DNA of 64,000 nt, from NCBI GenBank assembly GCA_050287845.1, contig JBNKCR010000077.1, positions 23,506 to 87,505 on the forward strand, in the 5' to 3' direction. Positions 1-10,041 of this stretch are shown here, in pieces. Under the pieces are notes generated by a model. The model was not told the DNA's origin. It did not search any database and saw only the letters and a list, made by a program, of their open reading frames with translations. Both the position numbers and the translations under genes were made by a program. Each line of letters begins with the position of its first letter. Within the stretch, counting starts at the first letter, position 1. The DNA is from Polyangia bacterium (lineage in GTDB: Bacteria; Myxococcota_A; Polyangia; JAAYKL01).

Positions 1-14
1 TACTGCCAGCTCTG

Positions 15-1640
15 GTGGCAGTGAATGAGTTTATGCTGAACCACCGTTTCGTTTTTGTCCGATTCACGCTCCTCGCGCTCTGGATCATCAGTCTGCTTGA
101 TTTATGGCTTCTCTGGAAAGGAAAACTCTCCCTGGCTGGTCAGGTCTTTCTCTGGACGTTCCTGCTCGGTTTCTGGACGGTGATGTTTGTCGACCTTTCG
201 GAAGATGTGATCGTTCGAGTGGATACCATCGTTTTCGGATTCGCCATTCTTTCGATAATCCCGCTGTTGACGTTGACCCATCGGTTTCAGCTGTGGCTGT
301 TGCATATTGTCAATTTTATATTGTTTGTTCTGTTCTGTTACAAAGAGTATCGCTTCGGATCCATGACTGGGTTGGTGTTTCGCGATTTTGTGACTGATAC
401 ATCTGTGGCCCTGATATTTCTGGCGGTCATCAGCAACGCCATTTATACCGCCAATGCGTTGGCAATGGCTCGAATTAAAGAAGATATGAATCAGGTGGAT
501 CGGACCCGGCTGCTTCTCAACCGCACAGTGAACGCCATGCCCTCGGTGTTGATGAGTGTGGATGAGACCCTGAGAGTAACCGGATGGAACGATGAAGCAG
601 AAAAATTAACCGGTACGCCAGCCACGCGGGCGATGAACAGTTTGTTTAATGAAGTATTCACGCTGTTTCCGCAGTGGAATGACATTGTGCAGCAGGTTGC
701 GCTGGGCAGCAGTACCGTTGAAAAAAAGAAGCAGTCCCTCTACAGGAATGATGAAGAACGGTTGTACAATTTCATTGTGTATCCCCTTATTCCGGAACAG
801 CCGAACGGGGCAGTGATTCGGCTGGATGATGTGACGGAACAGGCGGCGTTTGAATCGATGATGGTGCAAACAGAAAAAATGCTGTCGGTGGGCGGACTGG
901 CTGCAGGGATGGCGCACGAAATCAACAATCCCCTTGCCGGGATTCTGCAGAATACCCAGGTGCTCCGGAGTCGGCTGACCCATCGCAATGAGAAGAACGT
1001 GCTGGATGCCGCGGAATGCGGGTTGAACCTTGACGCACTCGATGCGTATCTGGAAAAAAAGAATATTCACCGGCTCTTCGATGCAGTGACGGGCAGCGGT
1101 ATGCAGGCTGCAAAGGTGGTGGACAATATTCTGTCCTTTGCCCGCAAAGAGGACGGGTCTCAGACGACTGTGGATGCTGGCGTGCTCATCGAGGAAACCC
1201 TTGCGTTGGTGCGCAATGATTATAACCTTAAAACCCACTACGATTTTCGAAAAATCGAGGTGGTGTTTCACCGGCCGGATACGGCGTTGAATATTCACTG
1301 CAAGGTGAGCATGATTCAACAGGTGCTGCTGAATATCCTGCGGAATGGCGCTCAGGCCATGAGCAGTGCCAAAGTGGCGTCACCGCGAATTGATATTTCA
1401 TTGTCGTCCGGAGCGGGTATGGTTGAGATTCGCATCGCAGACAATGGGCCGGGAATCGAAAAGGAAATACAGAGTCGCATTTTTGAGCCGTTCTTCACCA
1501 CCAAAAGTCCCGATGATGGGACCGGCCTGGGACTGTCAGTCTCCTTCTTTATCATCACCGAAGCGCACAACGGATTTCTGGAAGTGCATTCCACCCCGGG
1601 AGGAGGCGCCGTGTTCAGCATCAGGCTCCCCGTCTGCTAA
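15..1640 (+). CDS. Membrane PAS-domain sensor histidine kinase (probably 5'-truncated by the window edge)
   Basis: Hydrophobic N-terminal helices and a PAS-like segment. H-box AHEINNPL, N-box QQVLLNILRNG, DNGPG, FEPFFTTK, GTGLGL. The frame is open back to the window start. Confidence 0.93.
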   Translation: MAVNEFMLNHRFVFVRFTLLALWIISLLDLWLLWKGKLSLAGQVFLWTFLLGFWTVMFVDLSEDVIVRVDTIVFGFAILSIIPLLTLTHRFQLWLLHIVNFILFVLFCYKEYRFGSMTGLVFRDFVTDTSVALIFLAVISNAIYTANALAMARIKEDMNQVDRTRLLLNRTVNAMPSVLMSVDETLRVTGWNDEAEKLTGTPATRAMNSLFNEVFTLFPQWNDIVQQVALGSSTVEKKKQSLYRNDEERLYNFIVYPLIPEQPNGAVIRLDDVTEQAAFESMMVQTEKMLSVGGLAAGMAHEINNPLAGILQNTQVLRSRLTHRNEKNVLDAAECGLNLDALDAYLEKKNIHRLFDAVTGSGMQAAKVVDNILSFARKEDGSQTTVDAGVLIEETLALVRNDYNLKTHYDFRKIEVVFHRPDTALNIHCKVSMIQQVLLNILRNGAQAMSSAKVASPRIDISLSSGAGMVEIRIADNGPGIEKEIQSRIFEPFFTTKSPDDGTGLGLSVSFFIITEAHNGFLEVHSTPGGGAVFSIRLPVC

Positions 1641-1785
1641 AAAGACAGAATAAGTGAGCATCAATTCAGTACACTTTGAGTAGACCTATTGAAAATAGCG
1701 TCATTCCCTCGAAGGAAGGGAAACCAGTCTGTTCTTCCGGTTCTCCGCGGGGAAGACGGATTGGGTTGCTCAGGGGTCCAGCTAA

Positions 1786-1943
1786 GTACAGCTTCCCATA
1801 AGTTGGGGACCATCTCACTTGTTCCAATCGCCGATGGCTGCGTTGCGCCTCCCTGAATTGGCGCTGCCAGTCCTTCGTCAGCGCGTCTTGCCCTCAGCGG
1901 TTGGCCCTGCGTAATCTGATCCCCAACCTACGGGGCGCTGTAC
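1786..1943. mobile_element. MITE-like element with ~27 bp imperfect terminal inverted repeats and TAA direct flanks
   Basis: Left end gtacagcttcccataagttggggacca matches the reverse complement of the right end, gtacagcgccccgtaggttggggatca. taa lies at 1783-1785 and at 1944-1946. No transposase inside. Confidence 0.65.
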
Positions 1944-2230
1944 TAATTGATCTACATCTTGAGCGGATTGCAGAAAGCAGCGAGGTTTCCGCAGGGGGTC
2001 CGGTGCTCTCTGATGCCGAGTTGCCGGAAATTGCAGGCGCCCTGGAGATGCTTCAGCAAAATTTTTCCGTTGATGCAGCAGCCACAGGAGACACCTGGTA
2101 TCTGGAAACGGACCGGAACAACCTATACTGGGATGTTCCCGAATGCCCGGCGACAGGTGTATACACCAATGAGAGGGTTTCATTTTTTTGTATGAAGCTT
2201 GTATGACTTAACTACAACTGGAGGTCGCCC

Positions 2231-3472
2231 ATGAAAACCAATCTGATTCACCTGTTTTTCTTTTCTGTCGCCATCGTGTTCGGTACCTGGGGATGCACAT
2301 CGTCCAGTGATGACATCGGTACGACCGACATAGATACAGACACAGATACAGACACAGACACCGACACAGATACAGACACCGACACCGACACAGATACAGA
2401 TACAGACACCGACACAGACACCGACACAGATACAGATACAGATACAGATACAGATCATCCGTCACCGGGTGTGGACACATCTCCGGTTCCACTATGGGAA
2501 GGTTGTCCGGATACCGACGCCTATGTGGGCGATGAAAGCTGGACATATCGGTTGAATGTATCCAATCAGTCCCTGTACTGCTCCTATCCCGAAGACGGTC
2601 CGAATGAAAATCCGCAAATCAGTCTGAAGATGGCGTATGTGGATAAAGGGCAACTTCGCCTGGTGCCGGGCAGTTATCCGTTGCCGGCGGAAACGCCCGG
2701 GAATAACGAAGGCAGCGGCATCGAGTTTGTAGCCCCCATGTGTTATCAGAATGCAACGGGAGATGTTTTCGCGTCGAGTGGCACAGGTTCGATGACAGCG
2801 ACCACGCAGCGGGAATACATATGGGACCCAGAAACCAATGAAGAACGCGATGAGAATATTCAGGTGTTCGATCACCACCAGGACCTGAAAAACGATTCCG
2901 GAGACACCATGGATATACGCCTGACAGTGGAGTATCTGAACTATACACCGGAGAATCCGGGATCCGTGAATATCACCGGTCGATATTCAGAATACTACCT
3001 GATGGAGAAAGATCCGTCGTATGTCCGGCTGTATACCGAAACCAGAACCCTGGAAAATCGATGGCAGCGGTTTTATCCCTGTCTGTTCTTCGATTTGGCG
3101 TCCACCCCCCATGAATTCAAAGTGACGTTCGACGGTGGCGAAATTGTGCTCGACACCGATATCGAGTCGGGATTGCCGGCCAGCGCGGGTACGGAACCGT
3201 ATTCTTTCGTTCACGCTTCGGGTTCTCTCAGTGGAGAATCGTTTGATCAGAAAGACTACTGGAAACTGATTTATGCCCCGGAACATCATCATTTTGTCCG
3301 GCATTACGCCGTGCTCTTCGATGCCGACATCTCGGGGGCATGCGGTCTGATGGTGACGGGAATCGATCCATACGCCGAGCCCCTTTCCACCGGTGTGGCG
3401 GTGCACACCATCGATTGCAACATCGACACCATCGCTTCTCTGGCAGTGACGTCTGTGGATAAACTTTATTAA
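2231..3472 (+). CDS. Lipoprotein with (DT)n linker, unknown function
   Basis: RBS ggagg, lipobox TWG-C, (DT)20 tract, then a globular Cys-containing domain. Confidence 0.85.
   Translation: MKTNLIHLFFFSVAIVFGTWGCTSSSDDIGTTDIDTDTDTDTDTDTDTDTDTDTDTDTDTDTDTDTDTDTDTDTDHPSPGVDTSPVPLWEGCPDTDAYVGDESWTYRLNVSNQSLYCSYPEDGPNENPQISLKMAYVDKGQLRLVPGSYPLPAETPGNNEGSGIEFVAPMCYQNATGDVFASSGTGSMTATTQREYIWDPETNEERDENIQVFDHHQDLKNDSGDTMDIRLTVEYLNYTPENPGSVNITGRYSEYYLMEKDPSYVRLYTETRTLENRWQRFYPCLFFDLASTPHEFKVTFDGGEIVLDTDIESGLPASAGTEPYSFVHASGSLSGESFDQKDYWKLIYAPEHHHFVRHYAVLFDADISGACGLMVTGIDPYAEPLSTGVAVHTIDCNIDTIASLAVTSVDKLY
2333..2455 (+). repeat. Coding hexamer tandem repeat (DT)20-D
   Basis: gayacM units read directly. 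Confidence 0.95.
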
Positions 3473-3939
3473 AGAAATGATTAACTTCAACAATTATCTG
3501 CCCGACGTTTTTGCCCGGCATCCGAAGCATTCGGTGCAGGGCGAGATGGTCATATCCCGCAGTATCAGGTGGTGAACCGCATGGGAACTTTTCAGAATGC
3601 GCGTCAGGCAATGGGCGCAGGTGTCGAACGCTGTGGGCGTCCCCGTGGGTGTCCCGTCAATGAATGCCATGTTTATGGATATTCATGAAGCATATTCATC
3701 GGAGTGGTGCAATAAATGGTCGTGTTTTTTTTTACTCCGGCACAACCATTTGATACCACATGTACCCGGGGTAAAAGTTTAAGCCAGACTTCCCCTGGTG
3801 CAGTACTTGATTAATTTAATGGCGGAGACAGTTCTGGCTGTCTTGAATTGATATTCATAAAGATCAACCCGTTTTGAAAACTCACAGGGACAATATCCGT
3901 GTTCGGATGAATTCATCACATGCGAAGGAGAATAGTGGT

Positions 3940-5118
3940 ATGAATCAGGTTAAACGTTTATTATTATTGATTTTTTTGACATTGATGTTCGGCGCTTTCG
4001 GTTGTGCGGGAGGTGAAAGCACATCAGACAGCAGTTCGAGTGACAGCGACAGTGACAGCGACAGCGACAGTGACAGCGACAGCGATACCGATACGGATAC
4101 CGATACGGATTCCGACAGCGACAGCGATACGGATACGGATACGGATACGGATACGGATAGTGACACTGATACGGATAGCGACAGTGATACCGACACCGAT
4201 ACGGATACCGATACGGATACGGACAGCGATACGGATACGGATACCGATACGGATACGGATACCGATACCGACACCGATACGGATACGGACACCGACACTG
4301 ACACTGACACTGATACGGATAGCGACAGTGATACCGATACGGATACGGACACCGATACCGGCAATGGCAGCAATACCAGCGCAGGCTGCGGGTCATCCAG
4401 CCCGTTGGCCAGCGGCAATTTCTCTGAAAATATCGATGGCGCGAACCGCGACTGGATACTGGATGTACCCGACGGCTACGACAGCAATAATCCGTATAAA
4501 CTCATATTTGTCTGGCATCCGCTAGGGGGAAGCGCGTCCGGAGTTGCCGGCGGCCAGTATGATGGGATCAAACCGCTTTCCAATGGCACGACCATTTTTG
4601 TGGCCCCGGACGGTCAGGATGGAAGCAACTTCGAAGCCAGCGGGCATGGCTGGTGGAATGTGAATGGTAGCGATATGAAATTGTTTGATGCCATATTCAG
4701 CAAAATCACGGAGGGCCTCTGCATCGATATGGATCGGGTTTTCACCACGGGATTCAGCTTCGGCGGCATGATGTCGTACACCATTCCGTTTGAATTCGAC
4801 GTCTTCCGGGCCACTGCGCCGGCGTCGGGCAAAATCGACATTATTCCCTACGAAGCGAAATTTGATTATCCAATTCCAATCATGGCCATTCACGGTGACA
4901 ACGATACCTTTGTGGCCACCGCGCTGGGACGGCAGTTCCTGGATAAATACGCTTCGGAAAGAAACGGTTGCGGTACCCAGACACAACCGACAGATCCCAG
5001 CCCCTGTATCGAGTACCAGGGTTGTACCGCGCGGACCCTCTGGTGCGAATTCCCCGGTAGCCACAATCCATGGTCCGGAGCCCCCCAGGCCATCTGGAAT
5101 TTCTTCTCTCAGTTCTGA
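3940..5118 (+). CDS. Lipoprotein with D(S/T) repeat linker and alpha/beta-hydrolase domain (feruloyl esterase / PHB-depolymerase / LpqC-like)
   Basis: RBS aaggag before ATG 3940, lipobox AFG-C, nucleophile elbow GFSFGG, HGDND, C-terminal GSH. Confidence 0.85.
   Translation: MNQVKRLLLLIFLTLMFGAFGCAGGESTSDSSSSDSDSDSDSDSDSDSDTDTDTDTDSDSDSDTDTDTDTDTDSDTDTDSDSDTDTDTDTDTDTDSDTDTDTDTDTDTDTDTDTDTDTDTDTDTDTDSDSDTDTDTDTDTGNGSNTSAGCGSSSPLASGNFSENIDGANRDWILDVPDGYDSNNPYKLIFVWHPLGGSASGVAGGQYDGIKPLSNGTTIFVAPDGQDGSNFEASGHGWWNVNGSDMKLFDAIFSKITEGLCIDMDRVFTTGFSFGGMMSYTIPFEFDVFRATAPASGKIDIIPYEAKFDYPIPIMAIHGDNDTFVATALGRQFLDKYASERNGCGTQTQPTDPSPCIEYQGCTARTLWCEFPGSHNPWSGAPQAIWNFFSQF
4042..4359 (+). repeat. Coding tandem repeat of ~53 D(S/T) dipeptides
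   Basis: gacagc/gatacg/gatacc/gacact units. Confidence 0.95.
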
Positions 5119-5226
5119 TTTTATCTCATCGTTCCCCATCCGGAGTCGGCCTGTCCGAATTCACTGAGAAAGTGACCTTTCGTCGCCGGATTCGAATGCA
5201 TCCGATGTCGGTCTGACAAATTTATG

Positions 5227-5742
5227 TTAAAACGGATGGAAATGGTTGGCGGCCCAGTATTCCTCTTTGAGGGCGTCCTGTTGGGATAAGAGTGTGCGAT
5301 AGTGGGAATCTTCCCACTCACACAGCCCCATATAAAACTGAGATATGGTTTTATCAGCGGCTCTGGCAGCCAGGTCTCTGTATTGCTGCATTGCGTTCAA
5401 TTCAAGCTGTATTCCCACCGAAAGCACGGTCATTTCGTAGTGGGCTTCCTTGAGGCGCATTTTGATATCGTCGGAGAAGATGGGGTTTTTATCTGGAAAC
5501 GGCGGAATCTGTTTCAGGCGCAATCCCGCATCCGGCTGCTGAGTCCTGGTGATGCTGTCGAACTGGGCCTGCAGAATGTTCATGTGTTCGAATTCATCGG
5601 AGGCCAATTGTCGAAAGGCTTCGCGGCCACGAATGTCAGTGGTGTTTTCGGACGCGAGCATATAAAAATGATACCCTTCAAACTCCGCTCGCATGGCGGC
5701 CTGTAATCCATTGAGGATTTCGGCAAGATGCGTTTCAGTCAT
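5227..5742 (-). CDS. Ferritin-like (rubrerythrin family) di-iron protein
   Basis: Two E..ExxH helix pairs: AE..FY..DEFEH and LE..Y..WEDSH. Confidence 0.85.
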   Translation of the reverse strand: MTETHLAEILNGLQAAMRAEFEGYHFYMLASENTTDIRGREAFRQLASDEFEHMNILQAQFDSITRTQQPDAGLRLKQIPPFPDKNPIFSDDIKMRLKEAHYEMTVLSVGIQLELNAMQQYRDLAARAADKTISQFYMGLCEWEDSHYRTLLSQQDALKEEYWAANHFHPF

Positions 5743-5884
5743 TCCCGTCCATTCCTTTCCGCGATTGTGTCATTTGCAGATATACCGGTTGTGCCTTTAA
5801 TTATAGGCGCAAAACCATCAGAAAGGAATTTTAAGAGGCGGATTGGATTTGTTTTTCAGTTGAGCGAATCCAATTTGACTGTCC

Positions 5885-7336
5885 TCATTCATGATGTGAT
5901 TCAAGCCACTCGGTGTGAACAAACCCCTCTTCCGGGGTATCCACGCGCTGGTATGTGTGGGAACCGAATGCGTCCCGTTGGGCCTGTACCAGATTCTGGG
6001 GCAATCTGGCGGTAGTGTACGCATCAAAATAATTGAGGGACGCGGCAAACGCGGGCAATGGAATACCGCTGGCGGCGCCGAGGGCAACCACCTGGCGAAG
6101 ATCAGCGATGCTGGCTTTCAACATTCCGGCAAATTTGTCGTCGAGAATCAGATTGGACAAATCGGGCGTTTTCTCATAGGCGGTCATGATTTTGTTCAGC
6201 AGCGATGCCCGGATAATGCACCCGCCTTTCCAGATGCGGGCGGTTTCCTTCAGATTCACCTGCCATCCGAATTCCGTTGCCGCGGCGCGAATCAGATACA
6301 GTCCCTGTGCGTAAGCAATAATTTTTGATGCCAGCAGCGCGTTGTGCACCGTTTGCACAAAATTGGCGTTCACTTCGGGGAGTTCGGGTACGCCGGGCCG
6401 GATGTCTGAAAAGATGGGCGCCGCTTCCGTACGTGCATCTTTGAGAGATGACAACGTTCTGGCATCGACCGCTGCCGCAATGCTCGGAATGGATACCCCA
6501 AGCGACAGCGCGGCCTGGTTTGTCCACTGCCCGGTTCCTTTCTGTCCGGCTTTGTCCAGTATCATTTCCACCAGTGGGTTGCCGGTGCGCCCGTCGATTC
6601 GGGTAAATACCCTGGCGGTGAGCTCCACGAGAAACGAAGACAATGGTCCCTCGTTCCATTCTGCAAAAATGTCTGAAAGTTCAGCCGCTTCTTTTTTCCC
6701 GAGGCGTCTGAGCAGATCGTACGATTCGGCAATGAGCTGCATGTCGGCGTATTCAATGCCGTTGTGCACCATCTTGACAAAGTGCCCGGCGCCATCCGCG
6801 CCGACATGGGTCACGCATGGTCCGGATTCGGTATGGGCCGCAATGGATTCGAGAATGGGCGCAATGCGGTTGTACGCATACGCTGTTCCGCCGGGCATCA
6901 GACTGGGGCCCAGTCTCGCGCCTTCGGAGCCACCGGAAACACCCATCCCCACAAAGTGAATGCCCTTTTCGCTGAGCATTTTTTCCCGCCGCTGGGTGTC
7001 TTCATACCAGGAGTTGCCACCGTCAATGATGATGTCCCCTTCATCGAGCAGGGGCAAGAAACGCTCAATGGTCAAATCAATGGGTTTTCCGGCGGTTATC
7101 ATCAGAATCATGGCCCGGGGGCGCTCAATTGCCGCTACGAATTCTTCTGCGGTCCGGGTGGGATGAAACCGTTTTCCGCTACCTTCTTTTTTCACGAACG
7201 CGTCGGTCTCTTCATAGGTGAGGTTCCACAATGCCACGTCAGTACCGCGGCTTTCGATGTTTGCGGCCAGATTGGTTCCCATGACCCCCATACCAACAAC
7301 GCCAATGCTCGCTTTCGATTTGTTCTGTTCCATCAT
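5885..7336 (-). CDS. gnd: NADP-dependent 6-phosphogluconate dehydrogenase
   Basis: GMGVMG, DGGN, VSGG, KMVHNGIEY, QKGTG, QAQRDAFGSH. Confidence 0.97.
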   Translation of the reverse strand: MMEQNKSKASIGVVGMGVMGTNLAANIESRGTDVALWNLTYEETDAFVKKEGSGKRFHPTRTAEEFVAAIERPRAMILMITAGKPIDLTIERFLPLLDEGDIIIDGGNSWYEDTQRREKMLSEKGIHFVGMGVSGGSEGARLGPSLMPGGTAYAYNRIAPILESIAAHTESGPCVTHVGADGAGHFVKMVHNGIEYADMQLIAESYDLLRRLGKKEAAELSDIFAEWNEGPLSSFLVELTARVFTRIDGRTGNPLVEMILDKAGQKGTGQWTNQAALSLGVSIPSIAAAVDARTLSSLKDARTEAAPIFSDIRPGVPELPEVNANFVQTVHNALLASKIIAYAQGLYLIRAAATEFGWQVNLKETARIWKGGCIIRASLLNKIMTAYEKTPDLSNLILDDKFAGMLKASIADLRQVVALGAASGIPLPAFAASLNYFDAYTTARLPQNLVQAQRDAFGSHTYQRVDTPEEGFVHTEWLESHHE

Positions 7337-7355
7337 TTGAAGCTCCTTTGATAAT

Positions 7356-8057
7356 TTATTTCAGATTCAACAGTGAAGTGGCGGCTTCATCCACCAGCCA
7401 TGTGGCGTTCAACACCAGCTGAGCCGGCCGCGATGAAGGGTCTATAGGTTTGGTGAAAACGTCCAGGAGGGCCTGCGCTTTTTCCGTACCGGCAGCCAGT
7501 ATGAATGTATGTTTCGCATCCGCAATCACTTTCGGCGTTACGCTGATTCGCCAGGGCGGGGGTTTCGGACACTGCACCGCCATGGCCAGGGCAGTACTGT
7601 GGGCAAACGCCACAGACCCGGGAAACAGTGATGCAATATGGGCATCCGGTCCCATCCCCAGCAGTTGCACATCTATGGGGGATTGCAATGAGGACTCATA
7701 TGCCTCAGCGGCAGCGCGTTTATCCAGTTCTCCCTGAATGCGGTGCACGGCGCCAAACCCATTGAATGCAGCGCCGAACGCATTCTGGGCCATCCGGTAG
7801 TTGCTGTCCGGATGATCCGCTGCCACACAGCGCTCATCTCCAAACAGAATTTCAATTCGGTCCAGTGGCAATGGGCCCACCGCTGTGGCGTCAGCCAACA
7901 TGGTGTATACCGGTCCGGGGGTGGTGCCGCCGGCCAATGAAAGTCGGCAGACGTTGCTTTCCTGCAGTGTTTCCCGGATAGCGCCGGCCAGAAGAAACGC
8001 TGCGGTCTTTGTCAGCTGTTCTCTGGTGCGACAAATCACCAGATTTGCGGGGGTCAC
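7356..8057 (-). CDS. pgl: 6-phosphogluconolactonase
   Basis: LAGGTTP, GDERCV, DSNY, LGMGPDAHIASLFP. Overlaps the zwf stop (GTGA). Confidence 0.95.
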   Translation of the reverse strand: MTPANLVICRTREQLTKTAAFLLAGAIRETLQESNVCRLSLAGGTTPGPVYTMLADATAVGPLPLDRIEILFGDERCVAADHPDSNYRMAQNAFGAAFNGFGAVHRIQGELDKRAAAEAYESSLQSPIDVQLLGMGPDAHIASLFPGSVAFAHSTALAMAVQCPKPPPWRISVTPKVIADAKHTFILAAGTEKAQALLDVFTKPIDPSSRPAQLVLNATWLVDEAATSLLNLK

Positions 8058-9556
8058 AGTTTCACCTCCGGCCCGTTGGTCCCGGGAGTGTACGTGGCCA
8101 TGGGAATGGTGCCATCCTGTGCCCCTTCAAGCAGGGGCGCCACAAAACGCCACATCTGTACCACTTCTTCCTGCCTGGCGAAGAGCGTCTGATTTCCGCG
8201 AAGGCAGTCCAGCAACAGCTTTTCGTAGGCTTCCTGCTGCGCCTTCTCCTTGAAACTCCGATTGAAATCGAAATCCAGCTGAACCGGAGATACGTCCTCT
8301 TTCTCCCCGGGGGTCTTGGTGCCGATGCGCAGGGAGATGCCTTCTTCGGGCTGAATGCGAATGGTCAACACATTGGGTTCCAGTCTCATGCAGACATCAT
8401 TTTCCCTGAAAAGGCAAAGGGGAACGGGGGTATATACGATTTCCACCTGGGTGGTTTTGCGTTTCAGATTTTTTCCGGTGCTCAGAATAAACGGCACTCC
8501 GGCCCATCGCCAGTTGTCGATAAACAGTTTCACCGACGCAAAAGTAGGGGTTCTGGAATCCTTTGCCACGCCTTCTTCGGCGAGATACCCATCGTACTGG
8601 GCCAGGGTCACATCGGATTCGATGGACGTCATATCCAGCGGACGGAGGGCTTTAAAAACCTTGACCCGTTCGTCCCGGATGTGCTCCGCTTCGAAGGAGT
8701 TGGGGGGTTCCATGGCACACAGGGCCAGAATCTGCAGCAGGTGATTCTGCAGCACATCGCGAATCACTCCAGCTTCTTCGTAAAATGCGCCCCGGCCTTC
8801 GATTCCGATGTTCTCGGATGCGGTAATCCGGACATGACTGATATATCGCCGATTCCAGATAGGTTCAAAAATAGCGTTCGCGAATCGGAAAATTAAGATA
8901 TTCTGAACCGTTTCCTTGCCCAGGTAGTGATCCATCCGGAACAGTTGCTCCTCGTCCAGATATTTGTGGGCCAGTTCGTTCAGTTCAAGCGCGCTGGCAA
9001 GGTCCCGGCCAAAAGGTTTTTCAAACACCACCCGCGTGGGCGGTCCGGCGTTGTGGTGGGCGGGGGCAACCAGTCCGTTTTTTCCAAGGCCTTCAATGAT
9101 GGTTGCAAATGAAGTTGGCGGAGTGGAGAGATAGAACAGGTAGTGTCTTCCGGCGTTTTCTGTGCGATGGGTCCCGAGGGTTGCCTTGAGCCGCTCGTAA
9201 CTCTCCGGGTTTTCGTAATCCACCTGGACATAGCTGATGCGTCTGGCCAGTTTTTCCCAGCATTTTCCGCTGAACCCGTTGCGGGAAAAGCGTTCCAAAC
9301 CTGTCTTGAAACGGTCAAGCAGGCTGTCGAGGGTTTTGTTGCTGCGGGCAACTGCGACAACATGAAAGTCGTTGGGCAGCAGGTCGTCCACACAGAGATT
9401 GTACAGCGCCGGAATCAGTTTGCGCATGGCGAGATCGCCGGTTGCGCCGAAAATGACAAAGGTTGCCTCATGCAATGTCGGCCTGTTGAACAGACCGCCA
9501 GCGTCCAATACGTTGGCTTTGGTGATGATAGATTTTTCCATACAGACCTTTCCCAC
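8054..9556 (-). CDS. zwf: Glucose-6-phosphate 1-dehydrogenase
   Basis: GATGDLA, EKPFG, RMDHYLGKETVQN, RDVLQNHL, RWAGVPF. Confidence 0.97.
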   Translation of the reverse strand: MGKVCMEKSIITKANVLDAGGLFNRPTLHEATFVIFGATGDLAMRKLIPALYNLCVDDLLPNDFHVVAVARSNKTLDSLLDRFKTGLERFSRNGFSGKCWEKLARRISYVQVDYENPESYERLKATLGTHRTENAGRHYLFYLSTPPTSFATIIEGLGKNGLVAPAHHNAGPPTRVVFEKPFGRDLASALELNELAHKYLDEEQLFRMDHYLGKETVQNILIFRFANAIFEPIWNRRYISHVRITASENIGIEGRGAFYEEAGVIRDVLQNHLLQILALCAMEPPNSFEAEHIRDERVKVFKALRPLDMTSIESDVTLAQYDGYLAEEGVAKDSRTPTFASVKLFIDNWRWAGVPFILSTGKNLKRKTTQVEIVYTPVPLCLFRENDVCMRLEPNVLTIRIQPEEGISLRIGTKTPGEKEDVSPVQLDFDFNRSFKEKAQQEAYEKLLLDCLRGNQTLFARQEEVVQMWRFVAPLLEGAQDGTIPMATYTPGTNGPEVKL

Positions 9557-9608
9557 AGAACACGATTTGTGGCTTTACAAAGAAATATTCAGCTAGCCGC
9601 TACATTAT

Positions 9609-9634
9609 CTTGCGTTACAGTATAATAACGCAAG
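9609..9634. promoter_or_regulatory. Candidate operator upstream of zwf (9 bp inverted repeat, 8 bp spacer)
   Basis: cttgcgtta-cagtataa-taacgcaag has perfect arms and encloses a -10-like tatact on the minus strand. Confidence 0.45.
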
Positions 9635-10041
9635 CGCGAAAATAAACGTTAACGTTGCAAAAAATGGTGAATTGAAACGCGCAAGGGTGTGCCATTGTGC
9701 GAGCGACAGTGGTTTCAGCCATTGGCTTTTTGCAGTATTGGCGTAAAGGCAGCGGCCGGGTGTTTTTCGACAAATGCTGAAATTCCGCACTGATGTCTTT
9801 CCTGCGCCATCGGGAACGAACTGTCATGATGGATGTGTACAGGCAGGTAAAGTCGATGGGTTTTTTTCATAAAAATTGCCCGGTTCCTTTTATCTGCCAA
9901 GCGTTTGAACACTCTTTTCTTTTGTTGGTGATTCGCCGGAGGTTCACGGGAACACGGTTCGTTTGGCGACTGGACTTCCCGGGTGACCGTTCCCATATTT
10001 AAAGATTGTGTGATTGGATATTTTACGGACAGGAGGTTCAG

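Noticed and set aside
1901..2206. 101 aa ORF as an intact gene
   Set aside because: It starts inside the MITE-like element and lacks an RBS. At most a gene remnant.
2180..2546. Cys/Tyr/Val-rich ORFs (MICICIC..., LYLYLCRC...) that look like RiPP or metallothionein peptides
   Set aside because: They are antisense readings of the (DT)n tract of the lipoprotein.
2333..4359. Tandem repeats as a possible CRISPR array
   Set aside because: The units are 6 bp and coding, with no spacers. No repeat-spacer array or cas gene was seen in the window.
3945..4525. VSVSVS, CRYPY and IRIPIR repeat ORFs
   Set aside because: They are alternative frames of the D(S/T) coding repeat.
9681..9694. tggcac...ttgc as a sigma-54 promoter (also at 26604)
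   Set aside because: The GG-to-GC spacing is 9 nt rather than the required 10. Kept only as a repeated 22-mer.
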